Assembly (NCBI GenBank): GCA_023404705.1
Contig: JAEYAU010000092.1
Location: 7,527-71,526, forward strand
Length of the DNA: 64,000 bases
Origin: Pseudomonadota bacterium
GTDB lineage: Bacteria > Pseudomonadota > Alphaproteobacteria > Rhizobiales > Xanthobacteraceae
Reading direction: 5' to 3'
Below the pieces are notes generated by a model. That model searched no databases and had not been told where the DNA came from. It saw only the letters and a program-made list of their open reading frames with translations. Of the stretch, positions 38,448-45,565 are shown one piece after another; the stretch's first letter is position 1; each line of letters opens with the position of its first letter. Both the position numbers and the translations under genes were made by a program.

Positions 38448-38951
38448 CTAGCGAAAGATGAACTCGCCGCTCTCTGCGCGGAAATCGATCACGAAAAGCT
38501 GGTCCGGAACAAGAGCGACGCGGCCGGCGCGCTGGTGGTCGAAGCCTTCCTGGCGCGGCGTGTCGCGCATGCGCACCGCGATCTCGTGGGCGCCGGCCGG
38601 CACCACGAAGCGCTCGTAGACGCGCGAGGGCCCGTCGCCCGCGATGCCGGTGGGCGGCAGCGCGGCGCGCAGCACCGACTTGCCGTCGATGTCGAGCTCG
38701 ACATGCAGCGGGCGGCGGCCGCGCGGGCACTCCTCGACGCGGCGCATGTTGGGCGGCAGCTTGGCGATCTCGGCGGGTGAGAGGCGCCGGCATTCGGCCT
38801 TGCGGTCGGCGCCGTGCACGAAGGTGAGCATGACGATCGCCGTGTCGGGCGGCGTCTGCCGGTAGACGGGGCGGTTAGCGAAGGCCGTTACGCCCGCGAA
38901 CAGTGCGAGGATGATGAGGAACTGGGCGAGCGTGCGCGCCATACCGATCAT
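38448..38951 (-). CDS. hypothetical membrane-anchored protein
   Basis: It has an N-terminal TM (LAQFLIILALFAGVTAF) followed by a ~140-aa soluble part. The ATG overlaps the stop of the upstream cytochrome b fusion (ATGA). Codons are GC3-rich. Confidence 0.55.
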   Translation of the reverse strand: MIGMARTLAQFLIILALFAGVTAFANRPVYRQTPPDTAIVMLTFVHGADRKAECRRLSPAEIAKLPPNMRRVEECPRGRRPLHVELDIDGKSVLRAALPPTGIAGDGPSRVYERFVVPAGAHEIAVRMRDTPRQEGFDHQRAGRVALVPDQLFVIDFRAESGEFIFR

Positions 38952-40540
38952 GGCGCGGTTCCTTCCGGCACGCGTTGCGGGGCGCTCGCCGGGGCGGGCG
39001 CGACCGAGGGCCGCGACTTGTGCATGACCGGCGGCGGCAGGGCCGCGACCTCTGCCGTGAAGGCGGCGCGCTCGCGCTCGAAGCGGGCGATCTCCAGGGC
39101 GGAGGCCCAGATCGTCTTCAGCCGCTCGCGCGGCACGCGGGCGCGCAAATAAGGATCGCGCGTTCCGGCGAAGCGCTGCTCGGTCCAGGCGACGCCGAGC
39201 CGGTTGTAACAGGCGCTCTCCGAGCAGCCCGCGACCACCACGCCCTCGGCGAGCTTGCGGCTGAGCACGTAGTCGATCATCGAGGGCGGCACCATGGCGA
39301 CGCAGGGGACCGGCACGACACCATCGGTGCCGCCGGCGCCGCCGCCGTGCTCACAGGCGAACACCAGCGCGCGGGCAGGGCCGGTGAGCTGGTCGGACGC
39401 TGCATGGGTGCGCTCGCGCAGCTCGCGCAGCGAATATTCCGGCAGGTCGATGCCGGTCTTGAGCTCCGCGGTGCGTCGGAACGGCGTCGAGGAGGGGCAG
39501 GAGCCGGTGCAGATGCCGCAGGAGACGCAGAGCGAGGGATTGACCTGGGCTTCCGTCGGGAAGGGCAGGTCATCGCTGCGCTTCACCATGCGGATCGCCT
39601 CGTAGGGGCAATCCTCGGCGCAGCGTCCGCAGCCGTTGCAGTGCTCGAGCGTGACCTCGGCGGCTTTAGCTCGCCGCAGCGGCGGCAGCCAGGGCATGAG
39701 ACCGAGCATGACCGAGAAGGCGGCGAGGAAGCCCCAGACCGCGCCTTTGCCCCAGAGATCCGTGAGCGGGTAGAGCGGCAGGAAGAACCAGTCGAGTCCG
39801 ACCTCGACGGGTGCGCGCGCGAGATCGACCTGGCCTTGCGAGAGCGCGGGCTTCCACAGCGAGACCGCGACCAGCGCGGCGAGCGTCATCAGCGCGAGCG
39901 CGCGCGGCGGATTCACCTTCGGGCGCGAGATGCGCAGGATGTGCACCCACATGATGAACAGCAGGAACAGCGGCACCGCGATGTGCATGAACACCATGAG
40001 GCTGAAGAAGCGGCTGGTGAGCGTGCCGGTGGCGACGAAATTACGCGCGATCGGCTCGCCGAAGATCGGCAGCCAGTCGAGCAGCTCGGAGGTGACGAGG
40101 GCGACGTACTGGGCGAGCTTGTCCCAGACCAGCCAATAGCCCGTGATGCCCGAGGCATAGAGCAGCCAGATGATCGGCAGGCCGGTGAGCCAGGAGAAGA
40201 AGCGGGCGCCGCGGTAATGGTCGTAGGCGAACTCGCGCAACAGATGCGTCACCACCATCACGACCATCAGGTCGGAGGCGTAGCGGTGCAGGCTGCGCAT
40301 CACGCCGGCGTGGAACCAGTAGTTCCGGCTGATGGTCTCGACCGACTGATAGGCCTGCTCGATGCCGGTATCGAAGAAGATGAACAGATAGATGCCGGTG
40401 ACCGCGACCACCCAGAAGAAGAAGAAGCCGAGCGCGCCGAGCTGCGCCAGCGGATTGAGGGCGGGGCCGAACAGGCGTTCGAACGGCCGTTCGATCGCCT
40501 CGAAGCCGTAGCGGAGGACCTTGCGTAGGAAAGCGATCAC
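38948..40540 (-). CDS. fusion protein: dihaem cytochrome b (N-terminal domain type) + 2x[4Fe-4S] ferredoxin + MvhD/FlpD-like domain
   Basis: Two H-x13-H pairs lie in TM helices (LHRYASDLMVVMVVTH and MHIAVPLFLLFIMWVH). The ferredoxin motifs are CNGCGRCAEDCP and CVSCGICTGSCP. The C-terminus is ALVFACEHGG...PCVAMV...VVVAGCSESACYNRLG. I prefer the GTG at 40540, which is preceded by GGAGA. The ORF track's longest start (GTG 40594) would overlap senC by 29 nt. Confidence 0.72.
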   Translation of the reverse strand: MIAFLRKVLRYGFEAIERPFERLFGPALNPLAQLGALGFFFFWVVAVTGIYLFIFFDTGIEQAYQSVETISRNYWFHAGVMRSLHRYASDLMVVMVVTHLLREFAYDHYRGARFFSWLTGLPIIWLLYASGITGYWLVWDKLAQYVALVTSELLDWLPIFGEPIARNFVATGTLTSRFFSLMVFMHIAVPLFLLFIMWVHILRISRPKVNPPRALALMTLAALVAVSLWKPALSQGQVDLARAPVEVGLDWFFLPLYPLTDLWGKGAVWGFLAAFSVMLGLMPWLPPLRRAKAAEVTLEHCNGCGRCAEDCPYEAIRMVKRSDDLPFPTEAQVNPSLCVSCGICTGSCPSSTPFRRTAELKTGIDLPEYSLRELRERTHAASDQLTGPARALVFACEHGGGAGGTDGVVPVPCVAMVPPSMIDYVLSRKLAEGVVVAGCSESACYNRLGVAWTEQRFAGTRDPYLRARVPRERLKTIWASALEIARFERERAAFTAEVAALPPPVMHKSRPSVAPAPASAPQRVPEGTAP

Positions 40541-40565
40541 CTGTGTCTCCGGTGCGATGCGGGGG

Positions 40566-41375
40566 TCATGCGGCGCCTCGCGCGCGCCCGGCACGTCGCC
40601 ATTCGCGCAGGAGCAGGCCGCCCATCAGCAAGAGGGAAATGGCCGCGATCACGCTGCCGAACGTCAGGCCGTAGTCGATGCGGTAGCGCCCCAATCCCGG
40701 ATCGTAGATCGTGCAGATGAACTTGATGCGGTCGATCAAGCCGTTGAACGTGAAGCTTGTCGTGGTGCCGTAGACCACGTCCTTGAGCGGCTCCATGAAC
40801 ATCTGGATGGGGAAATCCTCGCCGTAGACGTGGCGATAGATCCTGCCGTCGCGATCGAGGATCGTGGTCTGCGTCACGTGGTCGAAGCCGCCGGCGGCGG
40901 TCGCATAGCTGAAGCCGAGCTCGCGCAGCAGCACCGCGATGGTCGCGGGATCGCCGCTCGCGAGGCGCCAGTTGTCGAAGCGCACGCCCTGGGCGGACGC
41001 GAACTGGGTGAGACGGGCCGGCGTGTCGTTGCGGGCGTCGAAGCCGATGGTGAGGACAGTGAACTGATCGGCGCCGAACATGCGGCGCGCCTCGCCGACC
41101 GCGTCGATCAGGTGCTGGGTCGTGACCGGGCAGACCGAGGCGCACGCCGTGTAGACGAGGCTGATCACCAGCGGCTTGCCGCGCAGGCTGTCGAGCCGCA
41201 GGGGCGCGCCCTTCTGGTCGGTCAAGACGTGGTTGCCGAGGGTGCGGCCGATGGCGGCCTGGCTGCGCTCGACGGCCTGACGCGGATCGAGGCGCGCCTC
41301 GCGCGGCTCCGCCGCGTACGCAATGCCGGCGAGCCCGAGAACGAGCCCGGCCGCGACCGCGAGTGCGCGTGTCAT
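40566..41375 (-). CDS. senC: SCO1/SenC family copper chaperone with extra C-terminal TM extension
   Basis: It has a signal peptide MTRALAVAAGLVLGLAGIAYA, a thioredoxin fold with CASVCP and a downstream His (GFDHVTQTT), and a C-terminal hydrophobic tail FGSVIAAISLLLMGGLLL. The ATG overlaps the ctaB stop (ATGA). Confidence 0.78.
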   Translation of the reverse strand: MTRALAVAAGLVLGLAGIAYAAEPREARLDPRQAVERSQAAIGRTLGNHVLTDQKGAPLRLDSLRGKPLVISLVYTACASVCPVTTQHLIDAVGEARRMFGADQFTVLTIGFDARNDTPARLTQFASAQGVRFDNWRLASGDPATIAVLLRELGFSYATAAGGFDHVTQTTILDRDGRIYRHVYGEDFPIQMFMEPLKDVVYGTTTSFTFNGLIDRIKFICTIYDPGLGRYRIDYGLTFGSVIAAISLLLMGGLLLREWRRAGRARGAA

Positions 41376-42244
41376 GGCCGGGTCCCGAAGATCCCGTCGA
41401 GCACGACGCCGAGCACCAGCAATGCGAGCTGCAGCAGGGAGGCGAAGAAGTTCGCCATGGCGTTCTGCTTGGTCGGTGCGCGGTGCAACTGGATGCTCTT
41501 CCAGAGGAAGAATGCGCCGCCGCTCGCGGCGCCGAGGCCATAGAGCGCGCCGAGGCCGTACCAGAGCGGCACCAGCGAGATTGCGGTCAGCGCGGCCGTG
41601 TGGCTGAGCACCGCCGATGTCCAGGCGCGCGCCGGCACCACGATCGGCAGCATCGGCACGCCTGCCTTGGCATAGTCCTCGCCCTTCGCGGCGGCCAAGC
41701 TCCAGAAGTGCGGCGGCGTCCACAGGAACAGCACGACGGCGAGGACCACCGGCACGAGCTGCGGCGCCGGGTCGACGGCCGCCGCGCCGGCCAGCACCGC
41801 GAAGCTGCCGGCGAGTCCGCCGACCACGATGTTCCAGGTGCTGCGGCGCTTCAGCCACACCGTGTAGACGATGCCGTACGTGAAGGCGCCGAGAAAGACG
41901 AAAGCGGCCGCCATGCCGCCGCCGACCGCCCAGGCGAGGGCGAGGGAGGCTGCGAGCAGCGCGAGGAAGGCGGCGAGCCACCAGGGACTCGCCGCAAAGG
42001 CGCCGCTCGCGAAGGGACGCGACTTCGTCCGCCGCATGTGACGGTCGAGGTCGCGGTCATAGTAGTGATTGAAGGCGCCGGCTGCGCCGGACGCGCCGAG
42101 CACGGCGAGCGACAGGCCGAGCGCCTGCCACCAGGTCGGGGCAGGGCCGCTTGTCGCTGCCATGCCAGCGAGCGCGCTCGCCGCGATCGCTATTCCGATC
42201 CTGAGCTTCAGGAGCGAAACCGTCATGCGGACCGCGGCGAGCAT
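41372..42244 (-). CDS. ctaB: protoheme IX farnesyltransferase (heme O synthase)
   Basis: UbiA family motifs NHYYDRDLDRHMRRTKSRP and WTPPHFWSLA. The RBS is GGAGAAG. Confidence 0.85.
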   Translation of the reverse strand: MLAAVRMTVSLLKLRIGIAIAASALAGMAATSGPAPTWWQALGLSLAVLGASGAAGAFNHYYDRDLDRHMRRTKSRPFASGAFAASPWWLAAFLALLAASLALAWAVGGGMAAAFVFLGAFTYGIVYTVWLKRRSTWNIVVGGLAGSFAVLAGAAAVDPAPQLVPVVLAVVLFLWTPPHFWSLAAAKGEDYAKAGVPMLPIVVPARAWTSAVLSHTAALTAISLVPLWYGLGALYGLGAASGGAFFLWKSIQLHRAPTKQNAMANFFASLLQLALLVLGVVLDGIFGTRP

Positions 42245-42281
42245 TTGTCTTCTCCGTCATCAATCGGGGGTGCAGGAAAGA

Positions 42282-44003
42282 TCAGCGGAACAGCCAGAGT
42301 TCCGAGAGATATTTCCAGTTGATGAAGTAGTAGAGGACGAACGACACGAAGAAGATGGTGACGAGCACGATCGTGCCCGGCAGCTTCACCGTGGCGTGGC
42401 TCCCGTAGTGCGAGGCGGCGGCGCCGCCGCCCTGATGGAGCGGGAAGGTGAGCTTGTGCCCGGCCGTGATCTTCTTGCCGAACAGCACGGTGCCGACCAC
42501 CACCACCACGTAGATGACGCCGCCCGCCGCCGCGAGGATCGCGAACACGCCGTTCAGTCCCATCATCAGGAAGGCGCCGGCCGAGTGCGCGAAGGAGATC
42601 GTCGCGTCACTGAAGGTGATGTCCCAGTGACGGCGTGGCACGCCGAGGGTGCCCGCGCCCATCATGAACATCGAGATGCCGGCGGCGCCGATGCCGAACA
42701 CATAGGGCTGCAGCTTGGCGAGCTTCGGCCACACGATCTCGCGCTGGAAGATCAAGGGGAGCACCAGGTAGGTGCCGCCCATGAAGGCGAGCGTGGTGCC
42801 GGCGACGACCGTGCCGTGGAAGTGGCCCGGCACGTAGATCGTGTTGTGCATCAGCACGTTGAGCTGCTCGGTGCCGAGCACCACGCCGGAGATGCCGCCG
42901 ATGAAGCCGAACATCACGAGCGAGAGGAACATGGCCGCGAAGGCCGGGTTGCCCCACGGTGCCTTGCGCAGCCACTCGAACACGCCCTTGGTGTAGCCGT
43001 TCTTGCGCTGGGCGGCTTCGATCGCGCCCGGCACGGTGAGGCCGTGGATCATCGATCCGAGCACCGCGAGATACATCATGTAGCTGGTATTGACGATCTT
43101 CCAGCTCGCCGTCATGCCGGGCTCGGCGAGCAGGTGATGCGCCGAGGCGAGCTGCAGGAACAGGATGTAGAGGAAGAACGCGGTGCGGCTCACCTTCTCG
43201 GAGAGCGGCTTGGCGCCGAGCAGCAGGGCCACCGTGAGATACCAGATCGAGACATGCGCCGAGACGTTGATCTGTTGCGACGAGTGACCCATCGCCCACC
43301 AGACGACCTTGTACATCAGCGGGTCGATGTCGCCGATCCATCCGAGCGACCAGAGCCAGGTCGGGATCAGGATGATGGCGCCGGACGCGATGGTGAAGAC
43401 TGCGATGATCGCGGCCGTCAGCGCGCCGAAGGTCACGAGCGGCATGGAGCCCTGATAGGTCTGCTCCTCCTTGGCGACCGCGAGGGTCGCGAAGAAGATG
43501 CCGACACCGATCAGCGCGCCGACGGCGAACAGGATCAGCCCCAGATAGAAGTTGGATTTCGCCATCATCGGCGGATAGGACGTGAACATCACGCTCGATT
43601 CGCCGCGCAGCACCTCGACATTGGTGAGCACGGCACCCACCACCATCAGCACGAAGCCGAGCCAGGCGATCTTCGGTGCGGGCAGGCGGCAGTTGAGCAG
43701 GACCGCGGAGGCGAAGTAGAGCACCGCGATCTCGAAGAAGATGATCCAGAACAGCAGCACATTGGCGCCGTGTCCGGTGAGCACGAGGTAGAACCACTCG
43801 GCCGGCAGCAGGTGAACGGCCGGCCAGCGTGTGAGCGCGACCAGCAGGCCCATGAGGCCGCCGAGCGCCAGGAAGATCACGGCCGCGACCGCATTGGCCT
43901 TGATCAGCGCTTGCGCCGCGGCGTCGACTTTGAGTCCCGTGTAGGGACAGGTGCGGAAATCCGCGGCTCTGCCGCCGACACCGACGATGGTTTCAGCAGT
44001 CAT
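42282..44003 (-). CDS. heme-copper oxidase superfamily subunit I, B-family-like, lacking the cross-link Tyr (candidate NO reductase-type enzyme)
   Basis: LTGHGANVLLF (low-spin heme His), WWAMGHSSQQ (CuB His, with Gln where A/B-family oxidases have Tyr at His+4), LASAHHLL (CuB His pair) and PGHFHGTVV (heme His pair). Confidence 0.82.
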   Translation of the reverse strand: MTAETIVGVGGRAADFRTCPYTGLKVDAAAQALIKANAVAAVIFLALGGLMGLLVALTRWPAVHLLPAEWFYLVLTGHGANVLLFWIIFFEIAVLYFASAVLLNCRLPAPKIAWLGFVLMVVGAVLTNVEVLRGESSVMFTSYPPMMAKSNFYLGLILFAVGALIGVGIFFATLAVAKEEQTYQGSMPLVTFGALTAAIIAVFTIASGAIILIPTWLWSLGWIGDIDPLMYKVVWWAMGHSSQQINVSAHVSIWYLTVALLLGAKPLSEKVSRTAFFLYILFLQLASAHHLLAEPGMTASWKIVNTSYMMYLAVLGSMIHGLTVPGAIEAAQRKNGYTKGVFEWLRKAPWGNPAFAAMFLSLVMFGFIGGISGVVLGTEQLNVLMHNTIYVPGHFHGTVVAGTTLAFMGGTYLVLPLIFQREIVWPKLAKLQPYVFGIGAAGISMFMMGAGTLGVPRRHWDITFSDATISFAHSAGAFLMMGLNGVFAILAAAGGVIYVVVVVGTVLFGKKITAGHKLTFPLHQGGGAAASHYGSHATVKLPGTIVLVTIFFVSFVLYYFINWKYLSELWLFR

Positions 44004-44006
44004 ATC

Positions 44007-44582
44007 TTATCTCCCATCGGCGAGGCGTTCGCCGGCCTCGGCCCGCTTCGGTTCCGTGACGTAGATCTTGCCGGTCATCGTGTGATGACCGATCCCGCAG
44101 AACTCGTTGCAGACGATCCCGAACTCGCCGGACTCCGTCGGCGTCAGGGTGATCACGTGCTCGTAGCCGGGATGGACCTGGATGTTGATGTTGGTCGGCT
44201 GCAGCGAGAAGCCGTGCTGCCAGTCGATCGAGGAGAGATGGAAGCGATAGCTCTTGCCCTTCTCGAGCTCGAGAATCGGCCACCAGTTCCACAGCCGGCC
44301 CAGCATGTAGACGTCGGTATTGGCGGGCGGCTTGACCACCGGCACGCCCTTTTCCTCGCGTACCGTGTACTTCTTGGTGAATTCCTCGACCTTCGTCTCA
44401 TAGCGCGAAGGCGCGATGCGATAGGCCTCGCGGCTCAGATTCTGGCCACCGATGAAGTGCCAGGCGATCATGAAGCCGAACATGAACAGGCCCCAGAGAA
44501 AGGCGATGACCGTCCAGGTCAGCTCGACTCTCTCGATGGGTTCGTTCCACCAGACTCGTTGTTCGGGTGGTGTGACGGCCAT
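44007..44582 (-). CDS. heme-copper oxidase subunit II with intact CuA site
   Basis: It has one N-terminal TM and a cupredoxin domain with WQHGF...CNEFCGIGHHTM (H, C, C, H and M ligands). Its stop lies 3 nt before the subunit I ATG. Confidence 0.82.
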   Translation of the reverse strand: MAVTPPEQRVWWNEPIERVELTWTVIAFLWGLFMFGFMIAWHFIGGQNLSREAYRIAPSRYETKVEEFTKKYTVREEKGVPVVKPPANTDVYMLGRLWNWWPILELEKGKSYRFHLSSIDWQHGFSLQPTNINIQVHPGYEHVITLTPTESGEFGIVCNEFCGIGHHTMTGKIYVTEPKRAEAGERLADGR

Positions 44583-44619
44583 TGCGGTCCCCCGTCGTGC
44601 GATGAAAGGAAGGGTGTGA

Positions 44620-44784
44620 TCAGTTCGCGAGCGGGATGGATGCGACTTCCATCACGCCCCAGAGGATGTAGAGGACCGTCGGAATGGTGACGCCGACGAA
44701 GAGCAGCAGGAACGGATTGTCGAGAATCTGCTGCATCATGGGGATGCGCGCTTGCGTCTGGTCCGTCGGATTTGGCGTCGTCAT
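44620..44784 (-). CDS. small single-TM protein (possible accessory oxidase subunit)
   Basis: ATG at 44784 (MTTPNPTDQTQARIPMMQQILDNPFLLLFVGVTIPTVLYILWGV...). It is the first gene of the operon. The RBS is AGAGGGG. Confidence 0.45.
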   Translation of the reverse strand: MTTPNPTDQTQARIPMMQQILDNPFLLLFVGVTIPTVLYILWGVMEVASIPLAN

Positions 44785-44844
44785 GGGCAGCCCCTCTGGT
44801 GGCGAATGACTGCCGAAAAATATGTCCGTGTCGCACGGGTAGGT

Positions 44845-44858
44845 TTGACTATGGTCAA
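44845..44858. promoter_or_regulatory. palindromic FNR/Dnr/NnrR-type box TTGAC-tatg-GTCAA
   Basis: A perfect dyad centred 67 nt upstream of the 44784 ATG, the first gene of the oxidase operon. It lies in the divergent region shared with the 44893 gene. Confidence 0.5.
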
Positions 44859-44892
44859 GGTTTGTGCGGTGCACGCATAAATAATCAACAGC

Positions 44893-45354
44893 ATGCGTAT
44901 TTCACCCGAACCGTTTTGGATGAAACCATTCGGGGCGATGTCGCCGCGCTTGCGCTGGAGCGCTGCCGGTCTCTCGGCGGTAGTCGCGCTCGCGCTCGCG
45001 AGCGTTGCGCTGTGGCCGATTCCGGCGAAACCGAAGGAGCTTCTGCTGCTCTATGTCGGCGCCGAGGACTGCGCGCCGTGCCGAGCCTGGCAAAAAGGCG
45101 AGGGCGCGCAATTCCGCGCCACGTCCGAGTTCGCGCGCGTGCCCTATCGCGAGGTGAAGTCGGCGACCTTGCGCGATCTGCTCAAGGACGAGAACTGGCC
45201 GGAGGATCTGCGGATCTACCGCGATCAGCTCGGTGCCGGCGCGGGCGTGCCGATGTGGCTCGTCATTGCCGACAATCGAATCATCGAACGCAGCTTCGGC
45301 GAAAGCCAATGGCGAACGAACACATTGCCGAAGGTCAGGGCGCTGCTGCGCTGA
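44893..45354 (+). CDS. membrane-anchored thioredoxin-fold protein with CxxC (CAPC)
   Basis: Signal anchor LSAVVALALASVALW followed by LLLLYVGAEDCAPCRAW. The start is uncertain: 44893, 44920 or 44938. Confidence 0.5.
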   Translation: MRISPEPFWMKPFGAMSPRLRWSAAGLSAVVALALASVALWPIPAKPKELLLLYVGAEDCAPCRAWQKGEGAQFRATSEFARVPYREVKSATLRDLLKDENWPEDLRIYRDQLGAGAGVPMWLVIADNRIIERSFGESQWRTNTLPKVRALLR

Positions 45355-45400
45355 ACGCGTCCTAGTTCTGAAGGCGCGACCTCCAGGACCCGAGGAAACC

Positions 45401-45414
45401 TTAACCTAGATCAA
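45401..45414. promoter_or_regulatory. FNR-type box TTAAC-ctag-ATCAA in a gene-free region
   Basis: It shares ACCTAGATCAA with the box at 36636 and lies 35-50 nt upstream of a structured region that ends in a strong terminator. Confidence 0.45.
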
Positions 45415-45448
45415 TGCGGCTCGTCGTGTTCAGGCGCATGAGTGGCAT

Positions 45449-45533
45449 CTCCGGACGAGCTCTCATCCTCCCCGAGACAATGTCTGGCCCTGAACCCCGC
45501 AAGCCAGCGCGCTTGGCGGGGTTCATTTTTTTT
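45449..45533 (+). ncRNA. candidate FNR-box-dependent small RNA with anti-Shine-Dalgarno loop
   Basis: The start is predicted from the -41.5 rule. A hairpin CCGGAC...GUCUGG encloses UCUC-[AUCCUCCCC]-GAGA. A 13-bp GC-rich terminator stem plus U8 follows. The overlapping 82-aa ORF looks non-coding. Confidence 0.35.
45492..45533 (+). terminator. Rho-independent terminator
   Basis: GAACCCCGCAAGC-cagcgc-GCTTGGCGGGGTTC forms a 13-bp stem with one bulge. It is followed by A and eight T on the + strand only. Confidence 0.75.
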
Positions 45534-45565
45534 GCGGCTCGGGGTCATCCTCGAACCGCACCTGA

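Noticed and set aside
38948-40594. Linking the MvhD-like fusion to a class II (Bam-type, Hdr/Mvh-like) benzoyl-CoA reductase.
   Set aside because: The window already encodes a complete class I BcrCBAD. The fusion sits inside the oxidase-type operon 28 kb away. No BamB-I-like tungsten, Hdr or selenocysteine genes are present.
40566-40594. A 29-nt overlap between senC and the cytochrome b fusion gene.
   Set aside because: It is an artefact of choosing the longest ORF (GTG 40594). A GTG at 40540 preceded by GGAGA gives a normal 25-nt spacer.
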